Source: a virus (Duplodnaviria > Caudoviricetes). From it: DNA of 64,000 bases. The stretch covers positions 1,978-65,977 of the IMG/VR virus record IMGVR_UViG_3300044693_000070. One strand, 5' to 3'. Within the stretch, counting starts at the first letter, position 1. Every line of letters starts with the position of its first letter. Below the pieces are notes generated by a model. The model worked only from the letters and a program-made list of their open reading frames with translations. It was not told where the DNA came from and made no database searches. Shown here in pieces: positions 16,376-24,704 of the stretch. Both the position numbers and the translations under genes were made by a program.

Positions 16376-16758
16376 TGGAACGCGCAGAGGAAATGACGCG
16401 CGCAGCGGCCCGGCTAATCGGTTTGGACGTGAGCGGCTACACGTGGAATGCAAATGTGCTCGGGCTGATCCAGGGCACCGAGTTTTCTGGTGATCCGGCG
16501 AAGGTTTTCTCGCCGCTGACCGATCCGTGCGATGCGTTCATGGTCGAGGCGTCGCTGCCGATGTCCGTGAAGTGCGAGTACAACGGCTTCCGCCTGGCTA
16601 TGCACGTATCGACGCCGCGCCTGGGCCTGGAGAACCTGGGCTACATGACGAGCGCGCGTGCCGATCTGGTCGAGGACATCGTGCGCGGCCGCATGCTGGC
16701 CGTCACGACGTTCGCGCACCTCGTCGCACTTGCGGAGGACGAAGGCAATGGCGGATGA
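16372..16758 (+). CDS. hypothetical protein
   Basis: AGGAGG RBS, GTG/ATG start. Confidence 0.75.
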   Translation: MMERAEEMTRAAARLIGLDVSGYTWNANVLGLIQGTEFSGDPAKVFSPLTDPCDAFMVEASLPMSVKCEYNGFRLAMHVSTPRLGLENLGYMTSARADLVEDIVRGRMLAVTTFAHLVALAEDEGNGG

Positions 16759-17056
16759 CTACCTGATCGACCACGTGGGGAAGGAAATGCGACAGACCAC
16801 AATGCCCGCCGAGATCGTGAAGTCGATCAGGCCCGATAGCACCGGCTACGCGGGTCATGCGATGGCGCTGCAAATCGCGGGCGAAGAAGTAATCGTGATG
16901 GCGCGCAATTTGAACAGCCTCAATATCGTGTTCAATTACATCGAGGCGCACTACTGGAAGGGCAACGCGAATCGAATGGCAACCCTGCGCACCACGGCAT
17001 GTCCCGAGGTCGTGGTCTGCGCAAAGCGCGACGTGCAACTCGACGAAGAACTTTAA
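16748..17056 (+). CDS. hypothetical protein (ends LDEEL)
   Basis: ATG 16748 (MADDYL) after GGAGG/GAAGG. Confidence 0.75.
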   Translation: MADDYLIDHVGKEMRQTTMPAEIVKSIRPDSTGYAGHAMALQIAGEEVIVMARNLNSLNIVFNYIEAHYWKGNANRMATLRTTACPEVVVCAKRDVQLDEEL

Positions 17057-17076
17057 CCAAGGAAAGGAAGAACATC

Positions 17077-17478
17077 ATGGCACGCACAACCAACGCAGCA
17101 CCGGCCGCCGACGCAGCCGCAAAACCTGCCCGCAGCAAGCCGGGCGTCCGCGCACGCAAGGAGCGGGCACGCAAGGCCGCAGCAACGCGCGCAGCGAACA
17201 AGGCGGCAGCGACGAACGGCGCCGACACCACGAGCGCGCCAGCCGCACCGGCCGCGAAGCCCGCAGCACCGACCATGCGCGAACTCGGCACGTTCGCTGT
17301 GATCGAGGAATCGAACGAGCGCGGCAAGATCATCGCCCGCGCCGAGTACCTGCATCACGGCGGCGTCGCACAATACCTGCTGGCCTACACGCGGGCGGAC
17401 GGCTGCTACGATGAACGCTGGTTCGCGGCCGGTCAGTTGATCGATTGGGTCGAGCGTCGCCGGGGTGCACGTCGATGA
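17077..17478 (+). CDS. hypothetical protein with Ala/Lys-rich N-terminus
   Basis: ATG 17077 after AAGGAAG. Confidence 0.8.
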   Translation: MARTTNAAPAADAAAKPARSKPGVRARKERARKAAATRAANKAAATNGADTTSAPAAPAAKPAAPTMRELGTFAVIEESNERGKIIARAEYLHHGGVAQYLLAYTRADGCYDERWFAAGQLIDWVERRRGARR

Positions 17479-17711
17479 GCGAGGACCGCCGCAACATCGA
17501 GCCGGAATTCTACGAGGCCGTGAAATTCGCGCTCGCAAAGATGACGCGGTTCGGGGATCACGTGAGCGCAGCGAAGGTGTTGTGGACGAATCCGCAAATC
17601 ACGGTCATGGAGGAAGGTGGGGCATTGAAGACCATCGATAACCCGCACCACCTGGGCCGCAACGTGGACAAGATCGAATCGACCATTCGCGCAATGTACG
17701 GACGGTCCTAG
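17475..17711 (+). CDS. hypothetical protein
   Basis: ATG 17475, ATGA overlap; last gene of the rightward block. Confidence 0.7.
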   Translation: MSEDRRNIEPEFYEAVKFALAKMTRFGDHVSAAKVLWTNPQITVMEEGGALKTIDNPHHLGRNVDKIESTIRAMYGRS

Positions 17712-17715
17712 ATGC

Positions 17716-17751
17716 AAAAAGGCCCGGCGCAGATTTCTCTATCGCCGGGCC
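17716..17751 (-). terminator. rho-independent terminator between convergent operons
   Basis: GGCCCGGCG...CGCCGGGCC stem with a T5 tract on the minus strand. Confidence 0.75.
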
Positions 17752-17821
17752 AACCTACCTTCTTTTTAACGGAGCGCTCATTCTAACAGGCAGGCGCTAC
17801 GAGATAAAGTCACCTCCTTTC

Positions 17822-17935
17822 TCAACGTTCCCAAAACGCGACGGTCATCTTCCATGCTTCGATGCTCGTGACCATTGCGACCTTCGTGAAGAACTCTGCG
17901 ACGCGCCAGGCGTCCACTGCTTCTTTCGTCCACAT
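17822..17935 (-). CDS. small peptide (37 aa) downstream of spanins
   Basis: Strong AAGGAGG RBS; MWTKEAVDAWRVAEFFTKVAMVTSIEAWKMTVAFWER. Confidence 0.55.
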   Translation of the reverse strand: MWTKEAVDAWRVAEFFTKVAMVTSIEAWKMTVAFWER

Positions 17936-17979
17936 CGCGCTTTTCCTCCTTTCGTTGATAGAGATTTCAGGTTATCGAA

Positions 17980-18222
17980 TCACCAACCACACAGCTTGCG
18001 GCCAGTCAGGTTATGCGCCAGGATCGCGCTCGCCGTTTGATCCGTGATGATGTCGTTCTTGCTCACGTAGATCGGCTTCGCGGTGGCGCAGAAATCAGGT
18101 GCCGTCGCCGCGATGGCCTTCTGCACTGGCGTCGGTGTTGGCGTCACCGTCGCGCATCCAGTCGCGGCGAAGCTGGTCAGCAGCGCCACCAGCAGGCAAC
18201 TTGAGAACTTCGACTTCTGCAT
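17980..18222 (-). CDS. Rz1: o-spanin (Rz1-like lipoprotein)
   Basis: Signal peptide with lipobox AATGC; overlaps the 3' end of the i-spanin in another frame; second Cys near the C-terminus. Confidence 0.85.
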   Translation of the reverse strand: MQKSKFSSCLLVALLTSFAATGCATVTPTPTPVQKAIAATAPDFCATAKPIYVSKNDIITDQTASAILAHNLTGRKLCGW

Positions 18223-18391
18223 CGTGAACCCCTTTCGCGCCAGCGGCGGCCCGCAGCGCATCGTCATAGTTGCGTTTCGATTCGGCCGAGCGGCGAGCCG
18301 CGCGACCACCCATTGCGTACGCACCGATCAGCACCGCCAGAACAGCCAGCGCCAGCAGTGCTTTCGCTTTCAGCCATTCGACGATCATCAT
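18095..18391 (-). CDS. Rz: i-spanin (Rz-like)
   Basis: N-terminal TM (ALLALAVLAVLIGAYAMG) then helical domain; follows the endolysin. Confidence 0.85.
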   Translation of the reverse strand: MMIVEWLKAKALLALAVLAVLIGAYAMGGRAARRSAESKRNYDDALRAAAGAKGVHDAEVEVLKLPAGGAADQLRRDWMRDGDANTDASAEGHRGDGT

Positions 18392-19095
18392 GCGATCACC
18401 CCGGCCTGGTGCTTCTTCACCTGCGCGTACGCCATGAAGACGGCGACGCCGATGGTCAGGATTGCGAACGCGATGCGCACATAGCTGCCGGACGACAGGT
18501 GTTCTTGCTGGCTGTCGATGGCGTTCATGACCTGCGGCGCCACGTCGGCCAGTTGTGCGACGCCGAGCGTTGCGGTGCCGCTGGCGGCCACGGTTTCCTT
18601 CGTCACCGGCACGGCCGCGACAACCGGCGTCGGGCGCGTCACACCGGCACGCAGCAGTGCCGTGTCGATCACTTCGCGGTCGTACCACGTGTTCGGGGTT
18701 GCCTTCGGGCCGATGCCGTTCTCGTGGCGGATGATCGCCTCGACGATGGGGCAGAGGTGCGCGTACGTGTGCAGGTCGAGCGCCTGGTCCGGCTTCACGC
18801 CGACCGCGTTTGCGACGGCGGTGATGTAGGCGCGCGTGTCGTTCTCGTTGGACGGCGCCCACCGGCTGATGATGCCGCGAATCGTGTTGATCGCGTAGCG
18901 GTCCTGGTAGTTGATGAGTGTGACGGCCATCGCGCGCACGCCCCAGGTCGCATCTTTGAACTCACAGAATCGCGGGTCTTTGCGCTCGGAGTCGAGCACG
19001 AGCCCCTGCCATTTCGTCTTGAGGTTGTAGTCGATGTTGCCGGGATTGTTGTTGCGGATGCCGCGCGGGATTGCGGCAGTGGTTTTATCGGCCAT
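18388..19095 (-). CDS. putative endolysin (PRGIRNNNPGNI family) with C-terminal membrane segment
   Basis: RGIRNNNPGNI...WAPSNENDT...AIIRHENG; position in the lysis cassette. Confidence 0.8.
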   Translation of the reverse strand: MADKTTAAIPRGIRNNNPGNIDYNLKTKWQGLVLDSERKDPRFCEFKDATWGVRAMAVTLINYQDRYAINTIRGIISRWAPSNENDTRAYITAVANAVGVKPDQALDLHTYAHLCPIVEAIIRHENGIGPKATPNTWYDREVIDTALLRAGVTRPTPVVAAVPVTKETVAASGTATLGVAQLADVAPQVMNAIDSQQEHLSSGSYVRIAFAILTIGVAVFMAYAQVKKHQAGVIA

Positions 19096-19097
19096 GT

Positions 19098-19490
19098 TTA
19101 GCGGCTCCATTCACGAAGTTGCCGTTGTGTGTTCGGCGGCGGGTTGAAGATCAGGTGTTCGAGTTGCCCCTTGATCTCGGCCAGGTCGGCTTTCATTTCC
19201 GAGCGCAGGCGGTCATTCGATAATGCCTGGTCGGTCTTGATGGAGTTCACGGAGCCTTCGACGCGCTCGACTCGCGTGGTGAGATTCGCTACCGCGTAGT
19301 CGGTCGCGGTCTGTCGTTTGTCGAGGTTGTAGTACAGACCGACGCCCGTAGCTGACGTACTGACGATCAGCACGAGGATGGTAATCATTGTCGGAATGTT
19401 TATCGTCAGGTCTACGCCAAAACGCGGGGTGCGTCGTTCAGGCCCGACGTAGGGTGCGGCTTGCTGCGTGGAGTTGTCGGAGTCTTGCAT
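19098..19490 (-). CDS. putative holin/antiholin-like single-TM protein
   Basis: One TM (IPTMITILVLIVSTSATGVGLYY) and a coiled coil; directly upstream of the endolysin. Confidence 0.55.
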   Translation of the reverse strand: MQDSDNSTQQAAPYVGPERRTPRFGVDLTINIPTMITILVLIVSTSATGVGLYYNLDKRQTATDYAVANLTTRVERVEGSVNSIKTDQALSNDRLRSEMKADLAEIKGQLEHLIFNPPPNTQRQLREWSR

Positions 19491-19514
19491 GTGTCGATCC
19501 AGTTAATGAAAGTT

Positions 19515-19541
19515 GAGCCGGGGAAATTATACCCCCGGCTC
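19515..19541 (-). terminator. hairpin between tail and lysis genes; loop contains GTATAA on the minus strand
   Basis: GAGCCGGGG/CCCCGGCTC 9-bp stem with a weak U tract. Confidence 0.55.
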
Positions 19542-19552
19542 GTTCATCAACT

Positions 19553-21511
19553 TCACGACATCGAGATCGATACCACAGGACGCGGGCCGCCGCGCTTCGG
19601 AATACCGGACAGGGATCGATCGGTCACGACCACGAACTCGGCCAGGTTCATCGCCTGAATCTCCGACATGCCGAACCGGCCTGTCAGGGATGCGTCGCCA
19701 AGGGCCAGGACAGCCCCTACAAACGACGAACGCGCTTCGGACAAGGGAATCAGCGGGTTCGGGAACTGCGCGTCTCCTACGGCCGCAGATTCGATCACGG
19801 CGGCCACCTGCACGACCGACTGCGGGATGGTCGGATCAGGTAGCGACGTGTCACCCACGGCCAACGCCTCGACGACGGATGCCGCCGACACGACAGCCTG
19901 CGGAACGGTCGAACCGGGGAAGGTGTCACCCACGGCCAGCGCTTCCAACACGTTGATCGCGGTGAGATCGGACTGCGGAACAGTAGGATCGATCCAGCCC
20001 TGGTTGTCGCCCAGCGCCACGTGACCGACCACCTGCTGCGCCTGCACTGCGGATACCGGCGCCCATCCGTCCACGTCCGCGAAGGCCGCCTGCTGCGTCA
20101 CGGAATACACGTCAGTCTCATGCGGTTCGACCGGATACGGTGGCGGCGGGAATGCGTCACCGACCGTAACCTGGCCGACCACGTTGAACACGAAGCGGCT
20201 TTGCGTGCTGATCGTGTCAGGCGGTAGCGTGACGCGGTGCTGCAACGCCTGCATCACCAGCGTGGCCGCGTGCCGACCGATGGCCGGGTCGATCACGTCC
20301 CACGGCGCGGGAACGGTGCGGCCCAGCACGAAGCCGAGGCGCAGCGAGCCGACGCGTGTGATCGAGTGCGGAGCCACCTTGCCGCTCGCCTGCACGATCT
20401 GCTGTCGCAGCGTGCGCGCGTGCCGACCCATCGCGTAGGCCGGGGCGTAGGTGTCGCGGTGGATTGCGGACAACTGCACCAGGCCGCTCACGATGTCGTA
20501 GGAGCGCTGCGGCGAATAGTCGCGCACCTGCACGACCTGCTGGCCGAGCGTGGCCGCCCAATCGGGACCGTGTGCTGGCGTCGGGACGCGGTGCTGCACG
20601 ACCTGCTGGCCGAGCGTCATTGCGTTCTCGCCGCTGTTCGGCGGCACCACGTCGCGGCGCTGCACGGTCATCGACGACAGCGCGGCCGCGTCGATCTCCG
20701 AATGCGGCGCGGGCCTGCCGGTGGCCTGCACGGTCTGCTGAACGAACTCACCGACGTGCGCCTCGGTCGTGATGACGATGACCTTCTGCGCGCGCGATGC
20801 GATGTACTGCTGCACGAGAGTGGCCGCCGTGATCGCGGTACGGACTTGCGGCGCTGGCGTGACGTTCCGGTGCTGCGCGACCTGCTGAACTTCGGTCTTC
20901 GCGCGCAGTTCCGACACTGGCGTGTAGACGATGCCGCGTGAAAGCGCCGTCAACGTGGTCAGCGTCTTCACCGAAGTCATCGAGTGCATGATCGGCGCGG
21001 CCGTCGTGATCCGATGCATGACGGTCTGCTGGCGCAGCGTCGCCGCGTAATCCGTGCTGCGCGCCCATGACCGCGACACATGCATCGTGACCTGCTCGCG
21101 CAGCGTCGCCGCGTAGCGCGGTGAATGCACGGTTGACGGCACGGCCGTCGTCGGCCGCAGCATTGCGACAGACTGGCGATACCCATTGATCGTGCGCGCC
21201 ACCGACAGCGACTCGTTCGACATGCTGACCAGCGCCTCGCGGGTGACGACAGCGGCACGCAGCGGTGGGTCTTTCAGCAGCACCTCGCGGACCACGCTAA
21301 TCACGTCGCCGTAGATCGTTTGACCCACGCGGTCGCCGGTCAGGACTTCCCGGCCGACCCCCAGCACGTCGTTGTACCAGTCGTGACCAACGCGGTCGCC
21401 AGTCAGGATTTCGCGCGTGACCCCGCCACCAATATCGGCCACGGTGTTGACGCCGATCCTGTCGCTGGTCAGCACATCGCGCGATACGTTTATGGTGTCA
21501 ATTTGAGCCAC
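19553..21511 (-). CDS. repetitive virion structural (fibre-associated) protein
   Basis: 652 aa; V-RE-LTGDRVG, TL-QQ-V-HR and AVGD--FP-P repeat blocks; last gene of the tail operon. Confidence 0.7.
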   Translation of the reverse strand: MAQIDTINVSRDVLTSDRIGVNTVADIGGGVTREILTGDRVGHDWYNDVLGVGREVLTGDRVGQTIYGDVISVVREVLLKDPPLRAAVVTREALVSMSNESLSVARTINGYRQSVAMLRPTTAVPSTVHSPRYAATLREQVTMHVSRSWARSTDYAATLRQQTVMHRITTAAPIMHSMTSVKTLTTLTALSRGIVYTPVSELRAKTEVQQVAQHRNVTPAPQVRTAITAATLVQQYIASRAQKVIVITTEAHVGEFVQQTVQATGRPAPHSEIDAAALSSMTVQRRDVVPPNSGENAMTLGQQVVQHRVPTPAHGPDWAATLGQQVVQVRDYSPQRSYDIVSGLVQLSAIHRDTYAPAYAMGRHARTLRQQIVQASGKVAPHSITRVGSLRLGFVLGRTVPAPWDVIDPAIGRHAATLVMQALQHRVTLPPDTISTQSRFVFNVVGQVTVGDAFPPPPYPVEPHETDVYSVTQQAAFADVDGWAPVSAVQAQQVVGHVALGDNQGWIDPTVPQSDLTAINVLEALAVGDTFPGSTVPQAVVSAASVVEALAVGDTSLPDPTIPQSVVQVAAVIESAAVGDAQFPNPLIPLSEARSSFVGAVLALGDASLTGRFGMSEIQAMNLAEFVVVTDRSLSGIPKRGGPRPVVSISMS

Positions 21512-21520
21512 GTGTCACCA

Positions 21521-23668
21521 TCATGAAGTGATGCGCATACCGAACTTCGTTGCGGCCGCATCGCTCGGCGTCCATGCCGCGTTCGTGTCGGGGTTCGTCG
21601 TCGCCACGTTGTAGGTCATCTGGTAGCCAGCCAGCGGGACCAGCGGCGCATCGATCTGCGCGGACGTGTAGGCGTAGAGTCCTCCACCGTTGCCGACCAT
21701 GAACCAGTCACCGTTCGGCAGTTCGCAGGCGGCATAAATTGCGCCCGATGTGAACACGCTTTGGTTTCGCCAGTTGCCGCCACCGTCAACGGACGAAAGC
21801 ATGCTGGCGGTGTTGGCGGCCAGCGTGACGCCCGTAACCTGGCCCGCGAACATGAAGTTGATGACGCCGCCTGTGCTGCTGTTCGTGTTGTAGGTCATGG
21901 CGTTCCATGCGATGCCGTCCGAAGAACGCTTGATGTAGCTCAAGCTGGTAGTGTTTTGTATCATCATCGTGAACCACGTACCGTCGAACGACAACTGAGT
22001 CTGTCCGGCTGAGTTGACGACGACTGACGTTGCCATACCTGCCGCGCGAAGCGTCCACGTAGCGCCTTTGTCGTCGCTCGTGTACGTGCCGGTCGTGCCG
22101 CCGACACACGCCACCACGCGATTAAGGGCGGCGCTGTACACAAGGCCGCCAATCGCGCCAGAGGACACGGTGATGAGTGACCAGTTGGCGGTAACGCTCG
22201 GATCGCTCGCGGCGGGGCAACGCCAAACTCGACCGCCCGCGCATCCGACGAGGATCGTGTCGTCAGGCAGAACGGTGATGCAGTACGGAATGTAAGTAGC
22301 CGATGCCGGACCGTTGAACACCGCGCCCGGCGTGTCGGAGCCGACCGGAATGATTTGCAGCTTGAAGTCGTTGCGCGCAATGATGCCGAGGCCGTTGGAT
22401 CGGAATCCGACCACGCCGTAGACGGTCGAACTGCCTTCGTCCGTAATCTGGTTCCACGTCGCGTTCGCGTTCGCATTTCCGGTCGAAGTGGCGAACAGGC
22501 ATGGCCCGTAACCGGACGCGAACACCTTGCCGTCGGTCGGACGCCGCGCGACGCCATACATGTTCTTCGTGAATGGCGACGTGAGCGTGACAAACTGCCT
22601 CGGCTTCAAATCTTCACGCTCGACGCCACCGGAAGAAACGATGAGCGGGCGGATCGTGTGCGCGTTCGATTCGAGGTTCGAGGCCAGAACCTTCGTCGTG
22701 ACGGCGTGGATCAGCGCACCGCTCGCCGTGGCCGAGTCGCTGGTCGTCGAGTAGATATCCTGATCGCCCACGGTGGAACTTTGCAGGCTATACGTGGGCG
22801 CGTCCACCAAGTCCTGCCCGGCCACTGCGGCGTTGCTCGGCGGACCCGATGGGCGCGAGAAATGAACGTCAACGTCGGTCGTCGGTCGCACGCCGATCAC
22901 ACGCGTCGTCGGGCCGAGACGCACGTTCGGCGCTTGCGTATCTTCCGCCAGGTTGTACCAGTTCGAGATAGCCCAGCGTCCGGCCGCGCCTTGCAAGAAC
23001 GTGTTCGGCGCTGTTACCGCATTCTGCGTAATGAGGAAGCCGAGTTGATCGAGCGTGAGCGATACGGTGTTCTGGAGAACCAGCACGTCGTCGATCCAGA
23101 CCTTAACCTCGTTGTCAGCGATGCGGTATTCGATGTACGACTGGCGACCTGGGACAAGCGCCTTCGTGCTTTGCGCCACTCCACCTGCACCACGCACAAC
23201 TAGGTCTGAACTGATGTAGAACCCGATGGCGCCACTGCTCGGCGTCGAAGTCGAAGTGTATGACGCGGCGGTGCCCATGAAATAGAGAACCGGCTGCTGG
23301 CTCGTGTTGTACGCGTTCGGCACGTATTCGGGCGGCACGTACAGGCTGAACCCGCCGATGACCGGCTTGCCATGCTGCGGGATCGGCTTACGCAACATCG
23401 CAAAGTTCGTCATGGCGCCAGCGCTAGTGCCACCAGAATTGCCGTTCGAGAAGACGAGGGCATTGCGATCCGGGTAGATCGGATCGGGGCGAATGACGAA
23501 CGCGCCGCTACGCTGTGCCGACGTTTGATCCGATGCGCTGGCGTAGTATCCGGCGCGCTTGAAAGCGGCCAGGAACGCGTTGCGGGTGGTCGTGTTGTCG
23601 GTGGAATAGGAGTCGTCGCCTGTGGTCTTGGCGAAAGCGATAAACGATTCAGTATTCAGAAGAGACAT
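21521..23668 (-). CDS. tail fibre/receptor-binding paralog D with C-proximal beta-propeller-like insertion
   Basis: Shares RLGP, YIE-I and terminal FG motifs with neighbours; S-D-G-TW (Asp-box) repeats. Confidence 0.7.
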   Translation of the reverse strand: MSLLNTESFIAFAKTTGDDSYSTDNTTTRNAFLAAFKRAGYYASASDQTSAQRSGAFVIRPDPIYPDRNALVFSNGNSGGTSAGAMTNFAMLRKPIPQHGKPVIGGFSLYVPPEYVPNAYNTSQQPVLYFMGTAASYTSTSTPSSGAIGFYISSDLVVRGAGGVAQSTKALVPGRQSYIEYRIADNEVKVWIDDVLVLQNTVSLTLDQLGFLITQNAVTAPNTFLQGAAGRWAISNWYNLAEDTQAPNVRLGPTTRVIGVRPTTDVDVHFSRPSGPPSNAAVAGQDLVDAPTYSLQSSTVGDQDIYSTTSDSATASGALIHAVTTKVLASNLESNAHTIRPLIVSSGGVEREDLKPRQFVTLTSPFTKNMYGVARRPTDGKVFASGYGPCLFATSTGNANANATWNQITDEGSSTVYGVVGFRSNGLGIIARNDFKLQIIPVGSDTPGAVFNGPASATYIPYCITVLPDDTILVGCAGGRVWRCPAASDPSVTANWSLITVSSGAIGGLVYSAALNRVVACVGGTTGTYTSDDKGATWTLRAAGMATSVVVNSAGQTQLSFDGTWFTMMIQNTTSLSYIKRSSDGIAWNAMTYNTNSSTGGVINFMFAGQVTGVTLAANTASMLSSVDGGGNWRNQSVFTSGAIYAACELPNGDWFMVGNGGGLYAYTSAQIDAPLVPLAGYQMTYNVATTNPDTNAAWTPSDAAATKFGMRITS

Positions 23669-23677
23669 GCGTTCCCC

Positions 23678-24688
23678 TTATCGCGCGATGATGCCAAAGT
23701 TCGACGACTCGACGAGGTTCTGCGTCCAGGCCACGCCGCCCGGCGCCTGCTCGTAGATGACTTGGTTGTAGGCGAAACTCGTGCCGAGCGAAACCTGCGT
23801 CTCGACATCGCCGCCCGCCGTGCCGATGGTCATGCCCAGCTTGCGGTCGTCGAGGTCGCCCTTGCGCGAGTATGACACCAGGGACACGCCGAAGATCGTG
23901 TTCGAGTTCGGGAGCACAACGTTCGAGGTGAACTTGTCGGTCTTGCCGTCCACGTTGGCTTGCAGGTACGGCGCATTCGCGGCGCCCGGCGAAAGCTGGG
24001 CCAGGATCGAATAGTGCGAGCCGGTCGAGCCTACCGGCGTCCACTGCGTCGTCACGTCGGCGGTCGGCGCGCGCGTGATGATCTGGATCGGGCCGAGGCG
24101 CGCATTGTTCTGGCCGCCGCTGTTGTCCAGCACGTAGAAGTCGTCGATCTCGATGGTGCCGGTGTTGGACGAGGTAGAGGTCATGCCCCAGGTGATCGTG
24201 TACACGGTGCCGACGCCGCCCGGCAATGCGATGCTCAGTTGCAGCGTGTCGTTTGCGTAGACATTGACCGTGTTCGCGGTCTTGTCGATCTCGATCTCGA
24301 TGTACCAGAACGCGTTCATGATAATCACGTCCTGGCCCAGCGTCGCGCCGACCATCATCTTGCCGGTGGTCGAGTCCCAATCGAGATCGATCACGCCCGC
24401 GATGCGGCAGAAGCGCAGGCGCGACTGCGTGCCACGGAACGAAAAGCCGAATACGACTTTCGTTGCGGCCGACGTTACGCTGCGCGAGAACGACGGCGGC
24501 GTGGACGCGGCGGCCTGGATGGTCATCTTCAAACCGAGCGAGCCGGTATCCTGGCCGTCCGCGATCTGGAATGTCGTGTTGGTCGCATTCGTCACAGTGT
24601 AGCCAGCGGCTTGCAGGTACGTCGTGATGTCAGCGGCGAGTGCCGTCTTTGCGGCGTAGTGGTCGTAACCGTCAGTGAAGAGAAGCAT
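23678..24688 (-). CDS. tail fibre paralog C (no insertion)
   Basis: Start ATG 24688 (MLLFTDGYD); WYIEIEIDK, DDFY, RLGPI, FGI. Confidence 0.8.
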   Translation of the reverse strand: MLLFTDGYDHYAAKTALAADITTYLQAAGYTVTNATNTTFQIADGQDTGSLGLKMTIQAAASTPPSFSRSVTSAATKVVFGFSFRGTQSRLRFCRIAGVIDLDWDSTTGKMMVGATLGQDVIIMNAFWYIEIEIDKTANTVNVYANDTLQLSIALPGGVGTVYTITWGMTSTSSNTGTIEIDDFYVLDNSGGQNNARLGPIQIITRAPTADVTTQWTPVGSTGSHYSILAQLSPGAANAPYLQANVDGKTDKFTSNVVLPNSNTIFGVSLVSYSRKGDLDDRKLGMTIGTAGGDVETQVSLGTSFAYNQVIYEQAPGGVAWTQNLVESSNFGIIAR

Positions 24689-24704
24689 TTCAGGATTCCT
24701 TTTG

